Source: Antedon mediterranea (taxonomy: Eukaryota > Animalia > Echinodermata). From it: DNA of 64,000 nucleotides. A program made the position numbers and the translations under genes. The notes under the pieces were generated by a model. It was not told the DNA's origin. It saw only the letters and a list, made by a program, of their open reading frames with translations, and searched no databases. The stretch is taken from contig NC_092674.1 in assembly GCF_964355755.1 (NCBI RefSeq), forward strand, positions 23,870,001-23,934,000, read 5' to 3'. Shown here in pieces: positions 12,301 through 25,553 of the stretch (its first letter is position 1; the number at the start of each line of letters is the position of its first letter).

Positions 12301-15300
12301 CACGTCGTAACGTTCTCACGTTACGAAAGAAAATGATGACGGTGGTACGTTGGTACGTTCCCACATGAGGGCGTGGTTGCGGACGGGTCCATTATAATAC
12401 AGGGGTGTTCCAGGAGCTTTTCACTTTCGTATCTAAGCCCTCCCTCGGGAGAGCACGGGCTATTGTCGATTTATACAGGTAAGCTAGCACTCATAGACTA
12501 CTAACACCACTACTGGTTTGTGTAATATAAGCGTTATTTCATAGACAAAAAAATCTAAAAATAATGCATGAACTACAGGAAAACGCTATACAAAATAGAC
12601 GCGCGCGCCCTCAGTGTGCGAATTCTCTGACACAAAAATGGCTTTTAATTTTCAATGTCGTAACTCTTTATATATGGCTCTGATCTCTGGTGTGTGTGCA
12701 TACAATTGAGGGACTAGTGCTGTTCCTCCATACCATGCCGAGAGATTTAAAGAGTCACTATCTAATCGAGTTTAAACAATACTGTGAAAGCTCAAGTGGT
12801 CTAATGGTTAGGACAATCAAGCAGAAGGTTTCGAGTTCGAAGCTTGGTTGGGCCGACTTTTTCTCATTTTCACAGATCTTTATTGTTTCAAATTAATTAA
12901 TTAAATTTCATTATATTACTGGATGGTTTAGAATTCAGGTTCAGTGCCTTTTGTGTTTAATAATAAAACTTTTATAAACATTCTTTTAAACAGGTACGAT
13001 TCATGGCCTTAGATGTTACTGATAAATTGTGTGAACACTTCAGAGAGTTACGAGAGACATCTCCAAGGTAAAACAAACAAAATAAATTCAATACCTTATA
13101 TGGTTCGCATCAGCACCTTCGTCAGCCAATATCAATATGATTTCATCTTTCATCACTGGATTTATTTCAGAATGTTGACAGCTCAGCTATTCTTAAGCTC
13201 TGTCTACACTATCAATAAAAGTGTGAAATATGGTAGTGATATGACATCATCATATGGGAACATCACATTTTTTTGTCACATAAAGTTTGATAGTTTAGAC
13301 AGAGCTTAAGAGTAAATTCCAGACCCAACAAAGTGTCCCCTAAATAAGGGTGCCTCCTGAAAAGCTGTGTCCAAATAAAGGGGTTTTGCTGTATTTAATT
13401 AACGAGTCTAAAATTGTTCTTTTAGTAACCTTGTTGAGGGGACGGTTAAGCCGTTTCATTTACATCCATGTTTAAAGGGTACTGAAGAAGAGACAGAATT
13501 TTTACGAGAGGCAATTGAAGTCCTACTTGTTTTATTACTACCTGAACGGATAGCCAGTTCCGAGACAGCGCGCCATTTGATACGAGAAATAATCACATGT
13601 TCAGGTACGACCATGAAGCAAGCGACACATTTTGCCTAGATGTTTTAATTTCAAAGAATTAAAAAATGCAAAATAAATCAACAGTTTTTCATTATTATGT
13701 AAAGTAAGATTAGAAAGTTTTGAAGAGTTTTTTGCATGTTTTTAACCTTTTATTTTCTAAAAAAAAATGTGATGTGACATCATGTCACCACCATATATGG
13801 CCACATCACACTTTTTTATATAGTGTAGACAGACCTTTAGACATATTTACTAAGTTTATTATGTTATTTTTTTGTCTTTCAGTAATTAAACCAGCTATTG
13901 ATACACTGTGCAGTCCCAGCTATGTCAACAACACCCTCCTCATGCATCTAGAGTACAGAGAACAGTTAGCAAAGAAGCACAATCGTAACTACATGTACTC
14001 GGCTACTTATGAGGATTTCATCAAACTAATCAATAGCTGTAATGACACGCAAGAACTTCAACAAATCAGGTTTTGCTATTATTTATTTATTCTCCTTTGA
14101 TGTCTTTCTGAAAACCGGAAACTCTCTTAAAACCTCGCTTTTCTACACTTCTAACAACTTCAACATATATTTCTATTCTGCCAGAAATCACATACGTCCA
14201 CATTTGAATTCAGAATTTATGGGAGGCTAATTGGGGTAATATTTTATGGGAGGCCAAATTGGGTAACATTTTATAGGAGGCCAAATAGGGTAACTTTTTA
14301 TGGGAGGCCAAATGGGGTAATAATTTATAGGAGGCCAAATGGGGTAACATTTTATGGGAGGCCAAATAAAGGGTAACATTTTATGGGAGGCTAAATGAGG
14401 TAACATTGTATTGGAGGTCAAATGGGGTAACTTTTTATGGGAGGCCAAATGGAGTAATAATTTATAGGAGGCCAAATGGGGTAATATTTTATGGGAGGCC
14501 AAATGGGGTAACATTTTATGGGAGGCTAAATAGGGTAACATTTTATGGGAGGCTAAATGGGGTAACTTTTTATGGGAGGCCAAATGGGGTAATAATTTAT
14601 AGGAGGCCAAATCGGGTAATATTTTATGGGAGGGCAAATAAAGGGTAACATTTTATGGGAGGCCAAATAAAGGGTAACATTTTATGGGAGGCTAAATGCG
14701 GTAAAATTTTATGGGAGGCCAAATGGGGTAACATTTTATGGGAGGCCAAATAGGGTAACATTTTATGAGAGGTTAAATGGGATAATTTTATAAATTCTAC
14801 TTTTTCAGATATCATATTTTAACTGAAATTATGCAGGCAACTAACATTCAGAATATGAAAAAAGCGAAAGGTCTAGAAGCGGGATCCAAAGCGTCTAAAG
14901 GAACTGGCAAAGGAGAGTTACTAAAAGCACGCAACCTCAAGAGATACTTAAATCAGGTGAACCTTACCACTTAATTGTATTGAAACTCAAAATTGTTTTA
15001 TTTTTTCTCTTTTGTGAGGAAACTTGTGTTAAAATCTAAATATTTTAAAACAATTAAGTATACAGAGAAAATTTATATTACAGAGTCTAAAACGATATAA
15101 AGATTTATATTCAGTTTTAAAAATTGAGATTCGGTATAATAATTATGAAATTATCATATATTTCATTTTAAGATTATGGTTTATTTAAATACTGTTAATA
15201 CTTTAAAAACTCTATTAATAGTTTTACACTGATAAATAAAGACATTCTGAACATAATATTGCATTCAAGATTCACATGAATAGTATATGATTAAATTAAA

Positions 15301-18300
15301 AATTTAATATACATTGCAAAGCTAAAAACCAAAACCTTAGTATGTCGATATGCCCTCGTTGCTAGCCAGGGGTTTTCAACTAAAAAGCGTTATCAGCATA
15401 GAGGTATATAGAACTAGAGAGTCAACTATGTGTATAGTGATGTGAACAGAGCAGGTACTTCTCAAAATGGCCGCCAAATATTATTTTTAGCTTGTGCTGA
15501 TATGTTCAACATGATGTAGATATTGTTGGCCCTTTATGTACCGTAAATGGCGCCCCTGCTTTAACCGCTCAGCCATTTGACTTGCCCGAAGCACGATGTA
15601 ATAACTATGCAAGTATGTACATGTATTGTCATATCCAAATAATATTTTCTATTTTTTTTAAGTGTCGGTTTGCAAAGGCTCATTGTGAGCGACGTATCCG
15701 GCTCGTTGGAGGGCCCGAGTATCACAGATACTTTCATAGCACTGGTGACGAAGACAGCACGTCATCATCAAATATGCTCGTGTTACTAGAGGACATATTT
15801 CAAGACAAAGAGGCTTTGAAGTATTTCAGCAGTTTCCTCAAAAAGGAAGGCAAAGATGATTTGTTATAGTAGGTATTACTGTAAAACCAGAAACTTTTTG
15901 CGCGTATTAAGCTTAAAATTTAAATTCTTAACAGTTTCATGTACTTTATTTTTTTAATTCGCAAAAGTTTTATGTCGCGAAAGTAGTAGTTAAATACTGC
16001 AACAAATATTTGAATTTTTTAATTTAACCGAGGATTATACCTATGAGAATAGGTTTCCGAAGAAAACTGCTAATAATTTTTTTTTTCTTTCATGCAGCTT
16101 TTGGAAGGCAGTTGAAAAACTTAAAACTACCAAAAAAGTAAGAAAATAATTTTTTTTGCTTTTACCATTATATTAATTCCACTTCCACTAGGGGAAGAAT
16201 TAACTCTTCTCCTATTTTTTGTGAACAATTTCAGCCAGTTGTTTTACAAAATAGATACAGATATTTGGAATTCTTTTATTTTTCAGAGAGATCAACACAA
16301 AGTGGCTAATGACCTGTATCAGGTTTATGTTGCTACCACAAGTGCAGTCAACCTTGATAAATTGTTAGTGAAGCAGATGCAAGCATACCTTATCGGCAAC
16401 AAGGTAAGTGATTCGTCCTTGACATCATGAAGTGACGTTAAAGCTTGTGGCTGTATTCACCACTCACACTTAGGGAAATACAGCCATTGGTCCCGACTGG
16501 GAAGCAAAGCGCAACACAAGCAACTTTAAAGACCCATTCCCTACAATTTGTGACGTTTTGAAAAAATAATGCATATATATTACTTTAAAAACATGTGACT
16601 GGTCAAATCAGTTGTGTTGCGCTTACATTCTTGCATTGTGTCGTAGTGGGAACCAAGTCTTAATAGCTGAAATGTTTAGCTTTACAGCCGTGCAATTAAA
16701 GAATCCAAATGAAAATCAACTTTGTGTTTTGTGAAGTTCTGTACTTTTTAGTGCTGTTGTCATTTACAAATTGATTACAATTATTTCTCACAACAAAAAC
16801 ATCTTCACTCGTAAATATTTGTTAAAATATAAAGCATGCTGTGTGTATGTTTTCCCTTTGAATAAATAATTGCTTTTGGAAATTTGCAACAAAAATGTTT
16901 TAAAACAAAAATACTGATAGAACTAAACATTCAATTTATTTTATTTATTTGTTCAACGTTGTTTTACAAGGGTAGCTCAAGTCAGCTGTACTGCGTAGTA
17001 CAGCTGACTTGAAGAGGTCCTCTCAAGTTCTGTCTACACTAACAAAATGTTATGTGCCCAAGTATGGAAGTGATATGCACAAATATGGTAGTGCTATGAC
17101 ATCATCATGTCCATATATGGGCACATCACAATTCTTTGATAGTGTAGACAGAGCTTTAAAAACAATACAAAAATATACAAACAACATTCAAACAATTCAA
17201 TTACTCATGCAACATGCAGAAGTAACTTCATAACTTCAGTTTGATAACAAATGTATTGTTTCCTTAATAGGGTCCAGAGGCTTTCTACGAAGCTCAAAAT
17301 AAGGTGTATGAACTACTTGACGAGGAATATTTTCCTTCGTTCCTTCTGAGTGAAAACTACACACAATTCAGCCACGCTTCTACACACACACCACCGGCCA
17401 AACAAAGGTCAGAAGAGGAGCTTAAACAACAATATGATACCTTGGTGAGTTTAGCATTAGGTACGTACATGCAACTACCAGTTACACCTGAATACTGTCA
17501 AGCCACCATGAATCCCAGACAAGACCCGCAGCGGCCAAAATCCGAAGATGAGGAACAGATGTTTAAAATGGTTAGTGTTGTGTTGCCGCTGTTTGTGGTC
17601 GTGGTGCTGCATTAACACACGCTAACACAACACTGATAATGTTTTTTGCTGTTATTCTCGTAGTCTAATATTGTGGTGCTGGGTTGTAAACATGCAATTG
17701 TTCCCAAATGATCATTTTGTGGTGGTGGAGTAACACACTGGTTCAAGTCCTGTCATATGTCAGGATTTTTTCTAATGACAAATTTAGCATAGTTTTATCC
17801 TAATTTCAAAACAATTTTTCAAATTTTAAAATTTCAAATTTATAAAGCAATAACTAACGAACTAACTATTAAACCAGGGATCAGGGGCTACAATTCTTAA
17901 TATGAATTCATAATGCATATGAAGAAAATACAACTTAGGATTATGAACTATGATATACCACGGTATTACGATTTCATGTATACTATATACAGTACTCCAA
18001 AGTTTTTGAGGGTTTGACCTCTGCCCCTAAAACACGCTAAAAATTAAATATAAACACAGCCTTAGTTGGATATTATTTTTGCTGATTATCATTTGCCAAC
18101 ACAACAATTATTGTTGTTCACATATTGATATACTACCAGTGGCGTAACGTATCTATGTGGCGCTCCAAAGCTAAACTATTTCGACATATTTTGATGCCTG
18201 TTTTTTCCTCTTGACACCGCCCATAAGCTCCAGGGCTTCTGGGTTTAGCCAGTGAACGCTCATAGCTGTTGCGGCCCTGTATACTACTTGCTTTGTTTGT

Positions 18301-21300
18301 CTGTTGACATTTGTTGGTATATTAACAGGTTTATATAATGATAACGTTACAAAAACGCTCATACGGTCGTGTCGAAAAAACATAAGCAAATTTTATGTGA
18401 CAAAAAAATTTGATGTGCCTGTATATGCGCATGATGATGTCATATCACTACCATATTTGGGTACATCACACTTTTTTTTGTCAAACTAGTTTGATAGTGT
18501 AGGCAGAGCCTAAGACAAGACATTTTCTGTAGTTTAAAACTTACAAAGGGCATGCTATTTAATATCTCGGACCATTTTACGCTTTTTGGACAAATATTTC
18601 AGTTATTGTACTAAAACATAATTGTTGCTTACTAGGTACAACCAGGCTCGTTAGATGATGATTTAGAAAGTGCCACCATTGCAGAGCAAACAAATGCCGT
18701 AGTAAAACAGCTACAGCAATGCGAAGAGAAGATGGACAACAAGACTACTGCATTGGCCAACATCAAAGCCTCTGCTAATCCAGATGCCAAGGTAGGTAGA
18801 CTTAAGAAGGTAGCAAGGCCTCAAACCTGTGATGATATTTTTCTCTTTAGTACGGTAAACTTAACTGCTCAGCCGTTTGACTCACTCATTCTGTTGTGTA
18901 TATGTGCGCTTTATTGTTGCTACTCAACAGTCTTGAATATAAGCCTACTTATCAAGCAGAACAACCAAGTTTGATTGTTAGTCGATAAGAACTTTTTCTA
19001 ATCTTATTTTTCATATTTTATCAGATGCAGGAGACATTAGAGCAAGAGATTGAAATGATGAGGGTTGAACGACGTCAATTTGAACTTTACATTGAAAGAA
19101 CTGATCTATGGTGTGAACATATCGGTAAATGGAGAACAGATATATGCAGTGTAGAGGTAAATCATATTTATACAATATTTTTCTCATCTTAAGGTTTAGT
19201 AAAGCACAAAAAAAAAACACTTTACAGTACCTCCATTTAAATGTCTTTTTTTAAAACATATTTATTATCAGATATTTTAAAGGCAGAAAAAATCTTTAAA
19301 AAAAACCACAGTGAAACTCAAGTAACTTTTTATTCAATTCCTTTATTGCATTTTACAAATATGCACATAATTTTGCATGATTTACCAATAATGGAACATC
19401 ATAGTTTCATTGGTTCCAGATGGAGGAAAATGAAAATAACAATAGTCCATGTGGCTCAAATCCAAGTTTCATTTTCAATTCTCATCATCTAAAGTTTGTG
19501 CTGATAATATGTGCAGTGTGAGTTGGCAGGTCTCTTAATAAATATGTAAAATAATATCAAGGTTAAGTAATATGATTTTCCAATTAAAAAAAAAGTTTTC
19601 TTGTATCGCATGCGCAAGATTCGTATTGATAAAACTCTTTCAAAAGGGTTGTTTGATATTTAAGTCCAAAAAAAGCTAAAATATTCAACGTTGCAATTGG
19701 GAAGAGTTCTTCTAATTGTATTGTATCTAGGATCCTTGGTGAAATATGTCACAATTTTGCATAACATCTTTTAAAAAATATTCTTGTAATTTTGAGTCTT
19801 TGTATTCGCAAAAACAAAGCAATGCAATTTCCCAATTTTATTTGTATTCATGCTTGTCATAAAAAATCATCTTCAAAAAAAGAATTTTTAATCGGGGTAA
19901 AGCAGAAATCCAGAAAAGCTAGGATATTTACTCCCGTCGCTGTAAAGAAACTTTTTGAATGGTTGAATCCAAACCTCATCACCGACCTTCAAATTTAGAA
20001 TACCGATGTTCGTAGACGTTGCATAAGGACTTGAACCATCACTACGAGTTCCAAGTTGAAATGCGCCGTTGCGCATTAAGTAAAGACCGGCTTCTTCTCC
20101 AGGTCTTGATGTTTTCATCGCCATAAACGAGAAGACATACGTGCCTGGAATACGTACCGTGAATGTCCCTGTATCGCTGTTGTAGTCATTTCCAATATTG
20201 GTTATTATAAGGTTATATTTCACAGATTTCGTTGTAGATATTCTTCCTCTGAAGTTTGTTAAGACAACTGAAAATGCAGATTTTTTCATGTCTTTTGTGT
20301 AATTACCTGGGTTTCCTTGTAGCCCCATGCTGCCCTTTTCACCTTTTAGTCCCATTGGTCCAATGCTACCAAGTAAGCACTCTCCTTTGGGACCTTGTGG
20401 GCCTACTGGGCCAGGAGGTCCTGGTATAAGTGTTGAAATTTGACCTGTAGACCCACTAGTTACCCCAGGTAATCCTGGTACTCCGGGTTCACCTTTTTGA
20501 CCCGTGGAACCTGTCGGACCAGGAATACTTATACCATTTGTTCCGTTGAACCCTGCAAAACCTCTTGGACCTTGATGGCCTACAGCTCCTGTTAGTCCTC
20601 TTTCACCCTTCTGCCCAGTTATACCAGGCATACCAGGTAGTCCTGTCATACCTGTGGCATTGAAGCCTGAAGGACCTCTGAAACCTTGTGGGCCTATATC
20701 ACCAGGCATGCCCATATCTCCCTTGTCACCTTTTTGTCCTACATCACCAGGAATACCTATACCATTTGTTCCATTAAAACCAGCAGGGCCTCTTGGACCG
20801 ACAGGTCCTAGGTCACCAGGTATGCCTTTATCACCTTTCTGTCCAATCGAGCCTGCATCACCACGTATACCTATTCCATTTGTGCCATTTAAACCTGTAA
20901 AGCCTCTTGGACCTGGTGGGCCTGGAGGGCCTGAGATGCCTTGTTGGCCTGATGGACCACTTGGACCGGGCTCACCCATGTCCCCCTTCTCACCTTGTGT
21001 ACCAGGAATTCCAGGAATGCCTGCGGACCCTGGGACACCCGGAACACCAGGAATACTGCAGGTATCAGAAGGATATAATGGTGCTGTTGGAACTGCAGGT
21101 AGCGTGGTTGTTATCGCTTCTGTAGTTGGTGTTTGTTCCGTAGTTTCATTGTCTTTTACATTTTCAATCTTTGGCGTGGTTTGTCCTGATGATAGAATGA
21201 CTAAAGTGACTATATATGCAAAAAGAAAGTATTCCTTCAGTAAGATCCTTGCCATGATATAATGTTAATCAATCTAAAAAGCAAAAAAAAAAGGAAATAT

Positions 21301-24300
21301 ATTGTATATATCAAACATCTTATAGGATTTACAGTAAAACAAAAATAAAATTAATCATTTCTTTTTTTGGAAATAAATATTTTATGGTTGATTGGTTCTA
21401 TGATGTTGTTGTAATGGTATGACATGATTATTTATCTTTGATAGATTTATTTATTTGGAAAAATATATCTATTCTTTATCTTTTTCTCTTTTTTCACTTG
21501 TACAATTACATCCAGCATGTTACAGTGTGTACTAATCAGGGGCGGATTTAGGGGGGAGGGGCTGCCCCGGACCCCCTTTTGTAATATTATGCACCCATTT
21601 ACATACGATTTTACAAGAAAAGCGGGGAAATTCAACATTAAAGATCATTAAAATCTTAAATTTTTTTAAAAGTTGAACTTGGTTCATTCACGTTACGATC
21701 GGTAAAACTGACTGACCAATCAAATAGTTCATAAATTACGTCATCAATTTGTGAAAAAATACGTACGCGCTGACAATTCTTGATTTTTTGCAACACGACA
21801 ATGTTTTTTGTACTCTTTTAAAGTCTGATATTTCAAATTTTATTATAAAAACAATTTACTTTAATGTTTGTTTTTAGTGTAAAGACTAGATTAAGATATC
21901 AGCGAAAACATGTCCTAGGCCGGCTGGGTTGAAGCATCAAAACCTGTAACTTTTTCAATTTTGACACGGGCCCGGCTGCTGCACGTGACCGACCTTGGCT
22001 TTGCAAAACTTCACGTCCATGTGTCCCAGCAACGTCGAAAGAACCAAGCAAGCATTAACGATCGCGTAAAAAATGTGTCAAAATTGGCGACGGGAAAACA
22101 GGCTTTAGGCGCACACAAAAAACCATTTCCGTATATTTTAAATATTTAAAAATATGGTCTATAAAACCCACTATATTCAGATAATTATAGAATCGACTGG
22201 CCAAAATGCCTCAGATGCTATCTCCGCCCCTGCTAATGGTCTTAGAGAGTAAAACTCCCTTACCACTAAAATCGTTTTTTACATTTTTGTAAAATTGTTA
22301 ACTATTATAATTGTTTATAAAACTGAATACGATTATTAATTATAATATTTAGGTAAGATTAGTTTCAGACCACAGATTGAGTGATTAAGCTTGGTTCCCA
22401 CTAGGACACAATGCAAAGACAGCCGCAACGCAAGCAAATTGACCAATCAAAAGCAATGGATTATACGAACTGCAGCTTGTGATTGGTCTGTTTGCTTGCG
22501 AATTTCGTCCTTGCATTGCGTCCTCTAGTGGAAACCAAACTTTAAATTCTGTTTGTAGAAAATTACCATTAAGTTTTGTTTACACTATCAAACTAGTTTA
22601 ACAAAAAAAAGTATGATGTGCCCAAATATGGCGGTGATGTGCCCAAATATAGTAGTGGTATGACATCATCACATCTATATATGTAGACAAGGCTTTATTT
22701 TCTAAGGACTCACCTGTAAAAATGTTTAATTTTCTACCATATCCAGTTATATCTTGAAATCCGAGAAACGAAACAATACCTTTCTCTTTCAATGTCAATA
22801 CCAAACTGAAGGGTTACTTTAAAATGTAATAAATAATGTAATCCCAACAATCTGGAATCCATTTTCCGTACGGATATCTGCTGCCAAGTCGTGGATGAAT
22901 GTTTCCGTCACATCTTATTATCATCTTTCATTTTCATTTACTTTCTATTTTGAAAACACCTGGAATTAGTTTTATTACTTTTTTGTTGCATGAAAAAAAA
23001 TGTGTGGCATGAACATTCAGTGTGTATTAAGATCAGCCGCATTGCATGTGGCTGTTAAAAATAAGCTAAAATGCAGCTAATGGAAAAAGGCAATGATATT
23101 GAGACAGGTAGAATTAGCTTGAAAATATTAAGCCAATGAAGTAAGCATTTTATATTAAGCCAATGAGAATAAGTCAATAAGCCAATCCAATGGAAATAAG
23201 TTAATGAGAACCAGCCAATGGGAATAGTTTAAAAAGAATAATTAAATAATATAAGCCAATCATGATAAGCGAATGAGAATTATGCAAGAGAATAATAGTA
23301 AGCCAATGAAAATAATGTAATGAATAAGTCAATAAGAATACATGATATATTTACTATATCCTCCATGTTTTGACATATCAGAGTGTGTTTTGAATCTAAG
23401 GCTTTGATTTTATATCCCTTGGTATTCTATTGTGGTAAATCTGACTTCGAAAATAAAATAGCAATTGAGATCAAATCTAATGAAAAGTCTTTTTGGAGGT
23501 ATCTCAGTTCTCAGATCAATATAAAGTCTGGTATACCCAACTTAACTGATAGTAATGGAAGGCATGTGTCTGATGAAGGATAAGGCTGAGTTGCTAAACA
23601 CGTTTTTTAGTAGTGTATTTGTCGATGAAAATTTTTCGAATGTACCGGCTATTGATGACATTTCAGAGGATTTTTTATCTCAAGTTGACTTTCCTTGTGA
23701 CGAAATCTTAAATATTTTATCAACGTTGAATATTACTAAAACAGCTGGACCTGATGGTATTCACCCACGCATCTTAGTCGAACTAAAGGATATCATTTGC
23801 TATCCCCTCCATATTATTTTTACGAAATTGTTTCAAGAAGGAGCCGTCCCTAATAGTTGGAAACGGGCTACAGTGGTACCGATTTTTAAAAAAGGAGTGA
23901 AGTCTGACCCAAGCAACTATAGACCTGTGAGTTTAACTTCGGTAGTTGGTAAAATTATGGAGAGAATTATCAGGAAGGAATTATTGGACTTTCTTGAACA
24001 TCACTCACTTATTTGTTATGAGCAATTTGGTTTCCGGCAAGGTCGTTCTTGTGCTTTACAATTACTTGATGTTCTTGAAAACTGGTTTTCTTATTTTGAT
24101 AATCAGGATTGTTTTGATTGTATCTACCTTGACTACAAGAAGGCTTTCGATAGTGTGCCTCATCATAGACTCCTTCTGAAAATGAGTGCATTGGGTATTA
24201 GAGGTAAACTTCTAAAATGGTTTCAAGAATTTCTTAACGATAGACAACAACGGGTTAGTGTCAATGGATGTGTTTCAGATTGGGCTGATGTTCGTAGTGG

Positions 24301-25520
24301 TATCCCGCAAGGAAGCGTCGTTGGACCTGTTCTTTTCATTATGTTTATAAATGATTTACCTTCTGTTATTTCTTCCTCTGTACGCATGTTTGCAGATGAT
24401 ACTAAATTGTATAGAGTAGTTAACACTGTGAATGATGCTCAAGTTCTACAAGAAGATTTAGAGAAAGCATGTGACTGGTCTGACAAATGGCAATTACCTT
24501 TTAACGAGGGTAAGTGCAAAGTAATGCACTTTGGGAAGAAAAACAACAAACATCTGTATGCCATGCGTGGTTTCTTATTGAATGAAGTTGATCATGAAAA
24601 AGACCTCGGTGTTACTATTGACTCTAAACTTGTTTTTAATGTACATGTGGCAGATGTAGCAATGAGAGCAAATCGGAAGTTGGGCATGGTATATCGAGCT
24701 TTCAAGTTTTTAAATATGGATGGGTTTCTTCGTTTATACAAAGCTATTATTCGTCCGACCTTGGAATACTGCAACGTTGTTTTTAACTCGCTACATTGTA
24801 AGGAGGAAGACCTATTGGAAAAAGTCCAAGAACGTGCCACCAAGCTTATTTTTTCCATTCGTCATTTACCTTATTCAGAAAGGCTGAAAATTCTCAACCT
24901 ACCTACTCTCGCATACAGAAGGCAAAGAGCTCATTTGATACAGATTTTTAAAATTTTACATGGAGTGGATAGTATTTCTGCTGATTCTTTTTTTGAGCGT
25001 GATGAAGATGTTAGAACACGTGGTCATTCTTTTAAATTAAAATTTAAGTTCTCACGCACAAATTGGATGAGGGACTCATTTGGTCGAAAAGCTATTATAT
25101 TATGGAATTCGTTATCGGAGGATGTAGTAGCTTCAAGATCAACCAATCAATTTAAGTCCGGTCTTGAACGGGCATGGTCCAACCACCCTCTTAAATTTGC
25201 GCCATATTCAAGAGTTGATGTAATTATCAAGAGGGGCTTATAGGCATAGCCTAGCCTCGACTCCGGACCCAGCATTGCTGAGCTCCGGAAACAAGTAAAC
25301 AAGTAAGTAAACAAGTAAAGAGTTTCCATCAAAGTTCAAGCGTCATTTTTCTATTTTCTGTAACTTTATACTGTGTTAAAGTTGAAACTAAAGTTTGAAC
25401 CCTATGTATTGATAATGTATCTCTATAATCTGTTTTTTTTTTCTTTTTTTTTATGCACACTATAAATTAAATATGCATAAAATTAAATTATGTTGGAGTA
25501 CTTTTTATGCAAAATTATCC

Positions 25521-25553
<33 letters not shown>

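Noticed and set aside
14227-14815. HKMLPHLAS repeat ORFs
   Set aside because: They are translations of the 27-bp minisatellite.
15861-15875. Apparent premature TAG in SNX25
   Set aside because: The donor TA|GTAGGT at 15868/15869 splits the codon. Splicing to 16098 gives TAC (Tyr) and restores YFWKAVE.
20654-21262. 202-aa Pro/Gly-rich plus-strand ORF
   Set aside because: It is the antisense shadow of the collagen Gly-X-Y codons.
23571-23600. CTGATGA hammerhead-like core in the LINE (also at ~21187, ~39784, ~62870)
   Set aside because: No stem II closed by GAAA follows.
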